This document shows positions 12,419 to 26,804 of a stretch of DNA of 64,000 bases, in pieces. The stretch lies in NCBI RefSeq assembly GCF_006345805.1, contig NC_043015.1:39618001-39682000 (forward strand), written 5' to 3'. The notes beneath the pieces were generated by a model. That model did no database searches and was not told the DNA's origin. It saw nothing but the letters and a program-made list of their open reading frames with translations. How positions within the stretch are numbered: position 1 is the first letter of the stretch; the number at the start of each line of letters is the position of its first letter. Source of the stretch: Octopus sinensis (Eukaryota). Made by a program: the position numbers and the translations under genes.

Positions 12419-13669
12419 CACACACACGACGGCTTCTTTCAGTTTCCGTCTACCAAATCCACTCACAAGGTTTTAGTCGCCCTGAGGCTATAGTAGAAGT
12501 CACTTGCCCAAGGCGCCACGCAGTAGGACTGAACCCGGAACCATGTGGTTGTGAAGCAAGCGTCTTACCACACAGCCACACCTACACCAAATGTATACAT
12601 GGTATATTCATGTATACGTTATCATCATAATTTAACGTCCGTTTTCCATGCCGGCATGGGTTGGACGGTTTGACAGGAGCTAATGCAAGCCAGAGGACTA
12701 CACCAACTTCTGTTGTCCACTTTGGTATGGTTTCTATGGCTGGATACCCTCCCCAACATGAGCTACTTTACTGAGTGTACTTACTGGGTTCCTTTTATCT
12801 GGCACCAGCACTGGTGGGGGTCACCAGTTAACTTGCAAGACAAAGACCCCTCAATTGGGGAGTAGTATTGAGGGAGCTGGCTTTGGGCCAGTTGACAGGT
12901 TAAAGCATAATAGAGGGATAGAGATAAGTGTCTTGTTGTAGAGGTGTTACATGGCTACTCCAGTTGGAAAAGAAAGAGAGAGAGAGAGAGATGGTGGTGG
13001 AGGTGTATCAGGGTTTACCCTCGAGGTCAGTAGTGGTTGAATATAAGTGACATGATACAGGGGACTGGACTGGATGAGTGGGCTGAGAGGGATTGAGGGT
13101 ATGTGTCATAAGAGGGTGAGGAAAGATAGAAATGGGGTAGAAGTTGACTGTAGCAAAGGATGGTGAGAAATATGGGTTTGGCTCAAGGGTGAGGGCTATG
13201 GTAGATTTGTGGGGGCATAGAGAGTGCTAGAGAACAGATGTATTAAGGATGGGATATAGCAGAGGAGAGGAGAGAGGGCAATGGATGAAAGTACAGAAAG
13301 GGGATTGGTGGAAATAGAGAACGAGGAAGATAATGAGAAATGGAAGGGATTTTTAGGGGAAAATGTTGGGGTGAGGAGAAGGAAGGTAGCCAAAAGGGGA
13401 AGGTATGTAGTGGGTGGCTATTTTATTCTCAGGTGATTACAGCAGTTGAGTGGTACCATTGATAGAGTAGTGATGAGTGTTTGGGTGGGGATGCTTGCCA
13501 GGGCAAAGAGATTGAAGGTGGGGCAGGGTCCCATATATACAGTCATTACCAAGGGGGTTTAGGATGTCATTTCTGCTGTGGTGGGCAGGTCTTTTGGGAC
13601 ATAGAAAGTCAGCAAGTCATTTCAGTCTTGTGTCATTTTCTCCATCATAAGGGCTCATCATCTTGACAG

Positions 13670-13850
13670 TACCCCTTTACATACCCTGTACATGCCCTGT
13701 ACAGCTTTCGCAAACCTTTCATTTATCCCCAGCTTCCTCACAGACCACCATATCACAGAATTAGTTACTCTGTCAAAAGTTTTCTTCAGGTCAATGAATG
13801 CCAAGTACAATGGTTTATTTTTAGCTAAATACTTCTGCAGGCGGGCCCAG
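13670..13850 (-). pseudogene. RTE-clade LINE reverse transcriptase fragment
   Basis: LQKYLAKNKPLYLAFIDLKKTFDRVTNSVIWWSVRKLGINERFAKAVQGMYR is the canonical RTE RT segment (F.DL.KAFDRV). Confidence 0.9.
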
Positions 13851-14219
13851 ACCATTACTAACGGGGTCACCTAGTTGACCAGCACATTATGTCAGTAGGT
13901 AAATCAGACCCTTGTCAATGAAATCACCAGGTGGATCACCGGACAATGAAGTGTGTGATCTAGACCACTGAAGTGAGCAGGGGACAAAATACTGACCCCA
14001 TGGTTAGTTGTCCTGAATCCACTTGACTTGGTCATCTAAAGCTCTCTTGACCATATGTGTGTGTATGTGCATGTCTATAATATATGTATATTACATGTGC
14101 ATACATGTGAATGTGCAAACACCTGTGTGTGTATATATATACACACACATATATATATATATGTGTGTGTGTATGCTTAAAAGGTACAATTAATGCTGAT
14201 ATGCTGCGCAGTATTTGTA

Positions 14220-14250
<31 letters not shown>

Positions 14251-15159
14251 GTATGTATGGTTTGTTAAGACTTTTTTTTCTCTCTTCCCTTGACTGACTT
14301 CATTCAAAGAATGTCAAGATTACTAACAGCTGCCAACACCTAAACTGTATAATTTACTATTTGGTAGGAGTTACTTTGGCACTTTTTCACTTTCAATGCC
14401 ATTGGTCGCCAGTTTACACCGCATCTGTTTTTGTGTTTCCTACAATTAGATTGTTGTTGTTGTTGCTGTTGTTGTTTCTTATTATCCTGCCAACCTGCTG
14501 AATTAGATTTAACCCCGAGTCAAGAGATGAATGACTGACTGGCTGATGGTTCAGACTATCATTGTTCTACTATATCTACAAAACTAAGGTATACTCAACA
14601 CAGGCTACTTAAGTCCACTTAGGTGTATTAAATAGAAATGTTTATTGTATCATCATCATCATCATCTAACGTCCGCTTTCCATGCTAGCATGGGTTGGAC
14701 GATTTGACTGAGGACTGGCAAACCAGATGGCTGCACCAAGCTCCAGTCTGATCAGGCAGAGTTTCTACAGCTGGATGCCTTTCCTTACGCTAACCACTCC
14801 AAGAGTGTAGTGGGTGCTTTTATGTGCCACCGGCACAAAGGCCAGTCAGATGGTACTGAATAATAATCCTCATCATACTTTAGATCTGTATCCTAAAAGA
14901 TGTGTTCTCACCATAGTGTCCTGTCCATTAGCTGACCCCAGCTGAAGAAAATGCTCAAAGCAAATAGTAATATTGCTTTTATATTTTGGCACAAGGCCTG
15001 CAACTTTTGGAGAGGTGGGTAAATTGATTACATCGACCCCCAGCACTCAACTGGTACTTATTTTATTGACCTTGAAAAGATGAAAGGCAGAGTTGACTTT
15101 GGCAGAATTTGAGCTTAGGACATAAAGCCAGACAAAAGCAAATAGTAACATCAACAGAG

Positions 15160-15573
15160 CAGTGAGCTGGCAGAAACGTTAGCACGCCAGGCAAAATGCT
15201 TAGCAGTATTTCGTCTGTCATTATGTTCTGAGTTCAAATTCCGACGAGGTTGACTTTGCCTTTCATCCTTTCAGGGTCGATAAATTAAGTACCAGTTACA
15301 CACTGGGGTCGATATAATCGACTTAATCCATTTGTCTGTCCTTGTTTGTTCTCTCTGTGTTTAGCCCCTTGTGGGTAGTAAAGAAATAGGTATTTCGTCT
15401 GCCGTTACATTCTGAGTTCAAATTCCAACGAGGTCAACTTTGCCTTTCATCCTTTCGGGGTCGATTAAATAAGTACCAGTTACGCACTGGGGTTGATATA
15501 ATCGACTTAATCCTTTTTTCTGTCCTTGTTTGTCCCCCTCTGTGTTTAGCCCCTTGTGGGCAATAAAGAAGTA
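15160..15573 (+). mobile_element. Family A SINE dimer with a single flanking TSD
   Basis: Junction gaaataggtatttc at 15383-15396. Flanked by agtaa(c/t)atcaa(c/g)agagcagt at 15144-15163 and 15574-15593. Confidence 0.85.
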
Positions 15574-16518
15574 AGTAATATCAAGAGAGCAGTAAGGAGA
15601 ATAGAGATATTCTGCTGTTATCATATAAACTGACCAATACCACAAGGTCCATGTGCCTAATATAACCCTATACTATTGACCAATATTGAATCCTCATCAT
15701 CATTTAACGTCTATTTTCCATGCTGGCATGGGTGGAATGGCTTAACAGGATTCAGCAAGCCACAGGGCTGTGCCAAGCTTCAGTTTCAGTTTTGGCATAG
15801 TTCCTTTGGCTGGATGCCCTTCCTAACACCAACCATCTTACAGTGTGTACTGGGTGCCCCTTTTTTTTTTCCTTTTTGTGTTACTAGCACTTAGTGAGGT
15901 TGCCAAGTAAGGTGCAGGACAGAAAAGAGCAGGAAAGAGAAAGAGAAAAGCCTCCATGTCTATGTAGGGTGGGGTGGGGATATTAGGAAGTGGTGGGGGT
16001 ATGTCTCTTTATGCCAAGTGCTAAGAAGCTAAAGTAAGAAGGACAAGAGTAAATTTCTCTGCTAGACAGGAATATATATATATATGTGCGTGTGTGTGTG
16101 TGTGTGTGTTCTTTTATTTGTTTTAGTCATTTGACTGTGGCCATGTTGGAGCAATGCCTTTTTAGTTGAACATATTGACCCCAAGACTTATTCTTTGTAA
16201 GCCTAGTACTTATTCTATTGGTCTCATTTGCTGAACCGCTAAGTTACGGGGATGTAAACACACCAGCATCGGTTGTCAAGCGATAATAGGGGGACAAACA
16301 CACACACACACACATACATGACAGGCTTCTTTCAGTTTCTGTCTACCAAATCCACTCACAAGGCTTTGGTTGGCCCAAGGCTATAGTAGAAGACACTTGC
16401 TCAAGGTGCCATGTAGGGAGACTGAACCCAGAACCATGTGATAGGTAAGGAAGCTACTTACCACACAGCCACTCCTACACCTATATATATAGTAATAATA
16501 ATAATGATAATCCTTTCT

Positions 16519-17240
16519 ACAAATGAAATGTTTCTTAAGATCATTGTCTGTATTTCTGGGATACATCATGTTTATGCGCTCATTTCTTTGGACGTTATGG
16601 CATTAACGAATGTTTAATTGAGGTTTTTTTTTTTACCAATTTTGACCAATGGAAAGGTTGATTGAGGTCTGTGGGCATTTCTGCCTGTATTTGGTGGGGA
16701 GGAGTAGAAGGTGTTGGAAAGAGAGGAAGGAATGGTAGTTACAAGGAGATGGAGGTATGCATAGGGCGGCGAGCTGGCAGAAATCGTTAGCACACCGGGC
16801 GAAATGCGTAGCCGTATTTTGTCTGCTGTTACGTTCTGAGTTCATATTCCGCCGAGGTCGACTTTGCCTTTCATCCTTTCGGGGTCGATAAATTAAGTAC
16901 CAGTTACGCACTGGGGTTGATGTAATCGACTTAATACCTATGTCTGTCCTTGTTGTCCTCTCTATGTTTAGCCCCTTGTGGGTAGTAAAGAAATAGGTAT
17001 GCATAGTGATGTTAGACTTATTATGATAAATGAGGATACTACCCATCCTGACATTTTCATATATCATGTACCTCAATCAAGCTTTTGCCAAAGTTGGTAA
17101 ATTTTGGTGAAAATTGATAAATAATCCTTAGTGAAACATCTGCTAATGCTATATTGCCCGAAGGAATGAACATGATCCACAGACAGTGCAGTAATCAGCT
17201 CAAGAATATGGATTATGATCTTAAGAAACATTTCATTTGT
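16519..17240. mobile_element. Old foldback/TIR element with long degenerate arms and a nested SINE
   Basis: Perfect 26-bp inverted repeat (16519-16544 / 17215-17240), plus degenerate inverted similarity continuing about 150 bp inward. Confidence 0.6.
16765..16994 (+). mobile_element. Family A SINE, full length
   Basis: Near-consensus copy with a 12-bp TSD AGGTATGCATAG (16753-16764 / 16995-17006). Other family A copies lie at about 38400-38632 and 43950-44182 (minus). Confidence 0.9.
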
Positions 17241-17295
17241 GGAAATGTGCATAGCGATGAATTAAAATATTTGTAAATTCCATCCATGGATTATT

Positions 17296-17540
17296 GTTAT
17301 AAGCTCTGCCTTAGCGAAGGTAGAGGTATTGTTTTCAGTCGTCTTTGTTTGTCTGTGGACCAGATATCTCAAGAACTGCTGGATGGATTCGGATGAAACT
17401 TTCAGGGATGATATTTGGCCTCATGACTGGCACAAACTGGTTAGATTCTGGGATCCAGTACCTGACAAGGATTCTGGATTATTTTCCCTGTTTTTTTTTA
17501 CTTAATTTTTTGAGAGTGGTTGGGTTCATTTTTAGTATTC
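17296..17540. mobile_element. Helentron-derived HINE/DINE-like element, other half
   Basis: Terminal hairpin CTCTGCCTT-agcg-AAGGTAGAG (17304-17325) followed by a gttt/gtct tract. The hairpin arm is an inverted match to the subterminal AACCTCTGCC of the copy at 657, which is the HINE architecture. Confidence 0.55.
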
Positions 17541-18490
17541 TTCTTTGTATAGGTAAGTAGGGTAAATCCAAGCTGGTTCCTTTTGAAGCACATGTGAATA
17601 TTCCATTATTATAATCCGATATGTGGCCTCAGTTGCTGTTCAAAATAAATATTAAAACTGAGAATTATGGAAATATTATTTGCAGAGTTATTGTGTAACA
17701 AAACAGGAAAATGGTGTTATCTATTCTCCTTTACACATGTTCCATTTGCTAATAAGAATTACAAAGTTTTACATGTTAGGAAGGCATGTAAGGAATTCCC
17801 TATCAGAAACTCCTTACTGCTTTGTGGAGGTGCATGGCTTAGTGGTTAGGGTGTCAGCATCATGATTGTAAGATTGTGGTTTCGATTCCTGGACTGGGCG
17901 ATGTGTTGTGTTCTTGAGTCAAACATGTCTGTCTAACATGTAAAAATCTGTAATTCCTATTAGCAAACGAAACATGTGTAATGTTGAATAGATTATACAA
18001 AAAAAAATTCCAATCTTCTTACACACACTCTCACTCACTCTCCCTAGTTAAGGAGCTTACTTTCCAACCACATGGTTCTAGGTTCAGTCCTACCGCCTGG
18101 CACCTTGGGCAAGTCTCTTCTACTATAGTCTTGGGCCAACCAAAGCCGTGAGAGTGAATTCTGTAGATGGAGATTGCAAAAAGCTGTTTAAATAGCATAT
18201 ATTTGTGTATGTGCATGTGTTCATGTCTCCACGTCTTACCATTTGCGCAATGGTTATAAAAACAAGTCTCACCAACATACAAGCCATGTTCCTAATTCTC
18301 AGTTTTCTGTGAAAGTATGTTTGACCATGCAAAAGTATTACCTTGCTCGGAAGCAGGTAAGGTGAGGGAACAACAGGAAGGGCATTCACCTGCAAAAATC
18401 CTGTTTCAATGAATTCTTGTCTGATCCATGCAAGCATGGAAAAGTGGATGTTAAGTGAGGCAGACAAAAAAATGGTGATCATCATCATCA

Positions 18491-18528
<38 letters not shown>

Positions 18529-19069
18529 GTGTGGTGTGTTTATATGGTAGTAAGCTGGCACAATTGTTAGCATGTTGGCTAAAATGCTCTGTGCATTTTG
18601 TCCACCGTTACATTCAAAGTTCAAATTCCATGAGGTCAACTTTGCCTTTCATCCTTTGGGGCGGGGGCAATAAAATAAGTACCACTTGTGTACTGAGGTT
18701 GATATAATTGACTTGACCCCTCCCAGCAAATTTCAGGCTTTGTGCCTATAATAGGAAGGATTATTATTGTGTAGCGGATGAAAACTCTTGGCTCTTGAAT
18801 CACTCTTTCCTGCTAAGTATTAAAATATATATTTATATATATGTATGTATATATATATTTTATTTGTTTCAGTCATTTGACTGCACCCATGCTGGAGCAC
18901 TGCCTTTAGTCGAACAAATTGGCCTGAGCCGATAGTAGAAGACACTTGCCCAAGGTGCTCCGCAGTGGGACTGAACCCGGAACCATGTGGGTGGTAGGCA
19001 AGCTACTTACCACACAGCCTCTCCTTTCAATTCTAGTTTTCCTGTTTGCATCATGAAACCTATATATGT

Positions 19070-19071
19070 GT

Positions 19072-19122
<51 letters not shown>

Positions 19123-19451
19123 GTCAATCCAAACATAACAAGCAAGAAAAACACGTGAGGATGTGGAATCAGTACAGTGTTATTGGAGGCTATGTGTGTA
19201 TATATATATGTGTGCGTGTGTGTGTGTTTATATGTATATTTGTGTGCATGTATGTGCTTGTATATATATATATATGTATATGTATGTATATATATATATA
19301 TATATGTATATGTATGTATATATATATGTGTATGTATATATGTGTATGTATATATGTGTATGTATATATGTGTATGTATATATATGTATATGTATATATA
19401 TGTATATGTATATATATTATATGTTATATATATATATGTGTATGTGTAATG

Positions 19452-19482
<31 letters not shown>

Positions 19483-19783
19483 GTGTATGTATATATGTAT
19501 GTATATATATGTTTATATATGTATGTATATATGTATGTGTATGTATGTATGTATATGTGTTATATATATGTATATATGTATTATATGTATATATATGTAT
19601 ATATGTTTATATTATATAATATATATATATATATGTATATGTATGTATATATATATGTGTATGTATATATGTGTATGTATATATGTGTATGTATATATGT
19701 GTATGTATATATATATGTATATGTATATATATGTATATGTATATATATATATATGTTATATATATAATGTGTATGTGTATATG

Positions 19784-19814
<31 letters not shown>

Positions 19815-20050
19815 GTGTATGTATATATGTATGTATATATATGTTTATATATGTGTATGTATATATGTATGTGTATGTATGTATGTATATGTGTTATATA
19901 TATGTATATATGTTTATATATGTATATATATGTATATATGTTTATATATATATATATTATATAGATATATATATATACACACACATACACACACACACAA
20001 TATATACGTGTGTATATATGTATTGTACATATGTAATGTATGTGTGTTTG
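19070..20050. repeat. (TA/TG)n compound microsatellite containing an ~325-bp tandem duplication
   Basis: The interruption pattern of about 19305-19620 recurs at about 19632-19955. Confidence 0.9.
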
Positions 20051-20552
20051 TATGAACTTAAGTAGTTGACAATCCTTTTTACTTCAAGTTTCTCTGATGG
20101 TCTCAAGTTCAATTTTTAGGTGGGGCCCCGTTTAGGTGTCCTTGTATACGATATAAGGAATGCAGTTGGTTATCGATGGTAAATGAAAAGGATATGAGGA
20201 TGATTCTTCTGAAATTCCAAGCACTTCATTCCTACCAACACTCCCAGAATGTCAAATATTTCAATATCTTTAGAGTGACTTAATCCTTGTTGCTGTTGAT
20301 CTTGTTGTTGCTGTTAGATTTAAAGTGAGATAAAATCTTCAATCCATGAAGACATGGAAATTTTTTCAGATGAGATTAGATGAGATAACCGACATGGAAA
20401 CTTGTAGGAAATCACAGCTAAATCAATTTAGATGTTTGTAGAAGCACATGCAAATCATTGGCTTTGAGGTTAAGCGATTGAAACTGCAGATCACAAGGTG
20501 TTGAGTTCAAACCAATGTAGAGGAATGTTACTTTTTCCTTTTGGTAAAAGAG

Positions 20553-20890
20553 TAAAGATACCCTTCGGTCATGAATGACCATGGAATGCACTTAGAAAGT
20601 TCCTCTCTGAGGTGCAAGTCCAGGCAAGATTGTCTATGGAAGACCAGCAGTCGCCCATGCATATCAGCCTCCCCTCTCCGTGTCACCAATGTTGTCCAAG
20701 AGAATGGTAAAGGCTGCTGCAGCTTGGCACCTGTGACGTCATAACTCATTTCTACTGCTGAGTCAACTGGAGCAACATGAAAAATAAAGTATCTTGCTTA
20801 AGAACACAACACACAACCCGATCTGGGGATTGAACTCACTATCTCATGATTGTGAGCCCGATGCTCTAACCACTGAACCATGTGCCTTCA
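20553..20890 (-). mobile_element. tRNA-derived CORE-like SINE, family G
   Basis: Minus-strand head ..ggttcagtggttagagc..gagttcaatccc and core tgtgttct.gagcaagacact..gctccagt.cactcagc. Similar copies at 59655-59985 (-), 17826-17925, 49093-49400 and 56907-57050 (+). Confidence 0.75.
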
Positions 20891-23800
20891 CTATGGTTCC
20901 ATGGTACCTCTTGGTACCATGCATTTATCTAATTTCCTATGTGGGACTTATTTCTTCAGTGGTTCTCATACTGCAGAGATGTGTAAATTTGCAGCTCTAT
21001 CCCACCCACGGAAGTTTGTTTTTACTGCTTAACTTTGATCAAGCAAACCGGTTTCAGTTATCATTTAAAAAATACCAAAAAGAAAAAGATAAAAAAAAAT
21101 TGGAAAAAAAAAGAACCTAATGTTATCTTTTACTTGTTTCTCTCATGTGACCATGCTGGAGCACCATTTTGAAGGGTTCTGATTGAACAGATTGACCCTA
21201 ATACTTTTTTTTTTTTGAAGGGCTGGTAATTATTTCTGTCAGTCTCTTTTGCTGAACTGTTATGTTACAGGGATATAAACAAACCAATGCCAATTGGCAC
21301 ACAGTGTGGGTGTAGGAAGACTCAGAAAGAAGGGGAAATATATATGTATATATATTAGATAAATGTGTATGTGTAGATAGAAAGATAGATAGATAGATAG
21401 ATACACACATGTATATAGATATTATATAGACATATATAACCTTAGATTTATGCGCACACACAGCTCCTTTTATCTCTATTTATGTTTTTCCTTATCAACA
21501 CCAAATCTATCTTCCGACCAATATAACTTTACCAAGCGTTCATATTCTTATCTATTTCTGCAAAATTCTTCACTTATAAGTCATTGTCGTCTTCATATCC
21601 AAGTGGAATTGTTACAAGATTATTACATTGGCGTCTGCCGTACTTCAATAGGGCTACCTTCAAAATTCCGCTTGTTGGTTAAAAACTAATTTCTATTTCA
21701 AGAGGTATACCTTCATTAAAATTAACAGATATCTACATATTCAAATAATTAACAATTAATACAGCAACAATGAGACCTCTACATGGTTGATTGATCTGCT
21801 TGAAATAGCAGTCAGATCTTCTCTAAATCACACTCTAAACACATTGGGCAATGTAGTCTTTTTTTTTTTTTTACTTGTTTCAGTCATTTGACTACGACCA
21901 TGCTGGGGCACTGCCTTTAGTTGAAAAAATTCTTCAAGACAGTGTTCCAGCATGGCCACAGTCTACTGACTCTTTTACTTGTTTCAGCCATTTGACTGTG
22001 GCCATGCTGGAGCACTGCCTTTAATCGAGCAAATCGACCCCAGGACTTATTCTTTGTAAGCCTAGTACTTATTCTATCAGTCTCTTTTTCTGAACCGCTA
22101 AGTTATGGGGACGTAAACACACCAGCATTGGTTGTCAAGCGGTGTTGTGGAGACAAACACAGACATACACACATACACACACACATACACACACACATAT
22201 ATATATATGATGGGTTTCTTTCAGTTTCTGTCTACCAAATCCAGTCACAAGGCTTTGGTTGGCCTGAGGCTATAGTAGAAGACACTTGCTCAAGGTGCCA
22301 CACAGTGGGACTGAACACAGAACCATGTGGTTGGTAAGCAAACTACTTACCAGACAGCTACTCTTGCACCTATGTGCCTGAAATATAAATTATGAAAAAA
22401 AAACAGGTTGGTTACTGTTGAATCTCTTCTGATCCTAGTTTTATTGTATTAACCAATCATAGTTAGTAGTTAGTCTACATGGTTAGTATATTGAGCTAAT
22501 GATGCCTAAGTCGTGAGTTCAAATCCACAATCTGTGTGATGTTATATATTTCAGTTCTGTTAGATGTCAGCAATAAGTATTTGTCTTTGTTACTAGTATA
22601 TTCTTGTGATTCTTTATGTTCTCCGTTCAAATTCTTCCGAGGATGGATTTTGCCTTTCATCCTTTCAAGACCAATAAAATAAGAACCAGTCATACACTGG
22701 GGTCAATGTAATTGACTGGCCTCTTTCTCAAGCTTTAAGGTTTTGTGCCTTTAGTAGAAAGGATTATTATTATTATTAAGGTGGCGAGCTGGTAGAATCG
22801 TTAGCACGCCGGGCGAAATGCTTAGCGGTATTCGTCTACCACTACGTTCTGAGTTCAGATTCTGCTATTGTAAGATGGGGGTACTATAACCAATAGTATG
22901 GCTACTGTAATATAGGAGTAGTGTGTCACCAGGAGACAATAGTATAACCAATAGTATGGCTACTGTAATATAGGAGTACTGCCATCAGGATACAATGGTA
23001 GAGCTGCTTTAAGATATGAGTTTTGTGGTCAGGAACTTTGGTAGTAGTAGTAATAGTAGTAGTGGTAGTAGTGGTAGTGGTAGTAGTGGTAGTAGTGGTA
23101 GTAGTAGTAGTGGTAGTAGTAGTAGTAGTAGTAGTAGTGTGATAAAAATCACAAGTGTGTGTGTGTATGTGTGTAGAAACAAAAGTGCCTGAATGACATT
23201 TGTTTATCTTTGAGTACTGCTCTTGAAACAGGAACCAAAGATTAATATCAGTTCCAAGTATTATAATAATAATAATAATAATGATGATGATAATCATATG
23301 CTGTTGTCAGCCAAGTTGTCTGTTTTACATATATATAGGAGAAAAAAGGGGAGACACACACACACACATACATCCACACATATGTATGTATGTTTTGTCT
23401 TAAACTCCTTCCTTTAAGGTTATTAGGGCAGAAGGTACATTCTCTCTCCCCACCACCACACACACACAGACACACTCCCCACCACTTACACCCACTCCTT
23501 TTACTAGATTTCCACATGGATCTCTTGACTTTTTTCTGCTGACACCCACCACTTATTGTTGTTATAGTTTTTAGCCCCCACCTTCGACATTACCCCTTTC
23601 ATTGTCAGAGTCATCATAACTGCCACCACCACCACCATCATCACCACCATCATCATCATCATCACCACCATCACCACCACTACCACCATCTCACCACCAC
23701 CACCACCAACATCATCACCAATACCACCATCACCAGCACCACCATCATCACCACCACCACCATCATCATCATTACCACCACCATCATCACCAACACCACC

Positions 23801-25569
23801 ATCATAATCACCACCACCACCATCATCACCAGCACCACCATCATCATCACCACCATCAGCATCATCACCACCACCACCACATCATCATCATCACCACCAT
23901 CATCACCACCACCACCACCATCATCACCACCACCACCACCATCATCACCAACACCACCATCATAATCACCACCGCCATCATCATCACCACCACCACCATC
24001 ACTATCATCTAACCCCATTTTATCATCATAACCATTACCACTATAATGATGATGATGATCATCATACCAACAGTTTGTTAGACTAGTTGTAGGCATTGTA
24101 ATTATTGTTGTTGTAAATATTTTCACCAACAGCACCACCACCACCACCACCTCCACATCAAGTCAAGTTATCTTCATCTTCATCATCATCATCATCGTCT
24201 GCTTCATCAATATCCTCTGAACAGTCTCATCCTGATCCCTCTCGGCCGTCCCATTTCAAAAGCATCATCATCAACAATACCCTAATGACCAACTTATTAA
24301 CTCGGGGACCTTAAGATCCCCCTGTGCCCTGTCCAGTATCCCACCACAGCACGTGGGTCTCGGGTTAGCTTCTCTGTGAGACATAATGTAAACATTCACT
24401 ACACTGCGTTGATTAAACTCTGTATATAACGAGAGAGAGGGAGAGAGAGAGAGAGATGGAGGGAGGTGGTGGAAATAGCTGTATGTGTTTGTAAAGAATT
24501 ATTAAATGGTCCATAATGAAGTTAGGAATCTAATCTCTGTTGCCAAGGTTACACAGCATTAGTTGTTGTGCCACATTAGACTCTGTTACTTTAGGCTATT
24601 TGGTGGTGTTACTTATGCAGTGTTACATTAGCAATATTACGGTGTGCTTGTAAAGGCGGCGAGCTGGCAGAATTGTTAGTGCACTGGGCATTTTGTCAGT
24701 CGTTATATTCTGAGTTCAAATTCTGTCTTTTCTTGACCCCTTTTGGGGTCAGTAAAAAAAATATGATCCTTGGTTGTTGAGTCTCATGGAGGCAATACCA
24801 AGTGAAGGAGACTCCTGGTGACTCAAGCTAAGTGAAATCGTGGACATGGCCTGTGCCAGTGACTCATAAAAGGGCAGCCATGTTAGTGACATGCAAAGGG
24901 CACCTGTGCTGGTGACATGTGAAAGGGCACCTATGCTGATGACCCGTGGAAGACACACAGTACACTCTGTAGAGTGATTGGTGTTAGGAAATGCATCCAG
25001 CTGTAGAAACCAAGTCAAAGCAGATGACTGGAGCCTAGAGCTGTTCTCTGGCTTACCAGCTCCAGTCAAACTAACCCATGTCAGCATAAAAAAACAGATG
25101 TTAAATGATGATAATGATAAGGAGGAGGATTTGAGAAGCGGAAGAGTATCTAGCCATAGAAAATTTGCTTCAGTGAATGCCCATACAAGCATGGAAAGTG
25201 GCCGTTAAATTGAGGACAGCTTTTCGGTGCAGTTATGTATGTTATCTGTCGCTGGTGTATTTGACATTGAGAAATGCATGGATGTCTCTCCCTCACATTT
25301 TCTTTTCCCTTTAGAAGCATAGAAGAAACAAAAACCTAAAATTAAACCTTAAGTGATCCAGTTTCAGTTCTTACCAGTGGCCATTCCAATTTCTATTTGT
25401 CAGAGTTCTTTTGTCACACATTGTGTGACCTTTTCAATGCCTGCTCTTCCTCTTCAGTGTCTCCTATTCTTTCTGACCTTGTCCTCTTTATTTTATCTTG
25501 TCTTTTTGTGGTTTGTATCACTATCTGTTCATGCTTCTGTATCTGCGTGTTTAATACACAGATTGTATC

Positions 25570-26035
25570 CATGTCTGTCGAAATCAAACTCGGTGACTGG
25601 CATCCGTTGCTAGTGGAGCGCTAAGAGTACCATACGAGTGAGATCGTTGCCTGAGCAACAAGCTGGCCTCCGTGCCGATGCCATGTTAAAAACGCCATTC
25701 GAGTGTGATCATTACCGCATGACCTTACTAGCACATGTATTGGTGGCATGCAAAACATTTGAGCGAGGTCATTGCCAGTGCCGCTGGACTGGCTCCTTTG
25801 CAGGTGGCACGTAAAAAACACCATTTGAGCATGGCCATTGCCAGTACCACCAAACTGAACCTCATGCCGGTGGCACATAAAAGCACCCACTACACTCTCG
25901 GAGTGGTTGGCATTAGGAAGGGCATCAAGCTGTAGACATTTTGCCAGATCAGATTGGAGTCTTGTTCGCCAGACCTCAGTCAAATCGTCCAACCCATGCT
26001 AGCATGGAAAGCGGACGTTAAATGATGATGATGTC
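25570..26035 (+). mobile_element. 5'-truncated RTE 3' UTR copy
   Basis: Same UTR and tail as 37145-37960, ending ggacgttaaatgatgatgatg. Confidence 0.8.
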
Positions 26036-26804
26036 CCTAATTTTTATTTTGCTGTATTCTGTCTTCAGTCAGGTTGTGGGGTACAAATCTCTTCATGGAG
26101 TTGGTGTCTGGAGCATAACTTTGGACGGAGTGGTTAGAATTGAAATTTGAACAATTGAAAATCTTCAGTTTTGTACGATAAAAGCCAGGTGTAGTGTGAA
26201 GCAGGTCATCGTTGGAAGAGTTTAATCTAAAGTGTTTCACTCAAACATCAAACAGTCATCCATGCAGGAGTGTCACCTACATTCTGTAGCAACATGGGAG
26301 CAACTGTGTGTGGAATGCTTATGGCTTATGAATGAATAGAATGAGGACAGTTATTTATAGAAACATGGTTCAAATTCAAGCAGTGGAGAAATACCAAGAA
26401 ATTACAGGTGACATGTTAACACATTTCTCATGCCCTGGCAGATCAACACAGCTTTCTTGGAATTCTGTAAATTCATTTCTATTATGTGGCCATTTTACCT
26501 ATATCATCATCATCATCATTGTTTAACAAGTTTCCCATACTGGCATGGGTTGGGCAGTTTGACTGAAGTTGTCAAGTTAGGGGAGTGCATGAACTTCTTG
26601 AGTGTGTGTGTGTGTGTGTGTGTAGTGTGATCATCATTATCATCTGTTTATGTCTGTTTACTGTGCTGGCATAGGTTGGACTGATCATCACTGTCCGAGT
26701 TTATATTCAAACTCTGTGTTTTCCAAGCCAGATCATAGTGTCGCTGGTTGGACATTTTGTTACCTTTTGGGTTTACCATATTGTCGATGGTTAGAAACCA
26801 ACAG

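Noticed and set aside
18987-20065. 200-300 aa Y/I/C/V/M-rich ORFs
   Set aside because: Stop-free (TA/TG)n repeats. The same applies to 29682-31259, 47018-47539 and 60935-61374.
22885-22978. 58-bp-period duplication (also 11230-11360)
   Set aside because: Ordinary local tandem duplications with nothing further to support a function.
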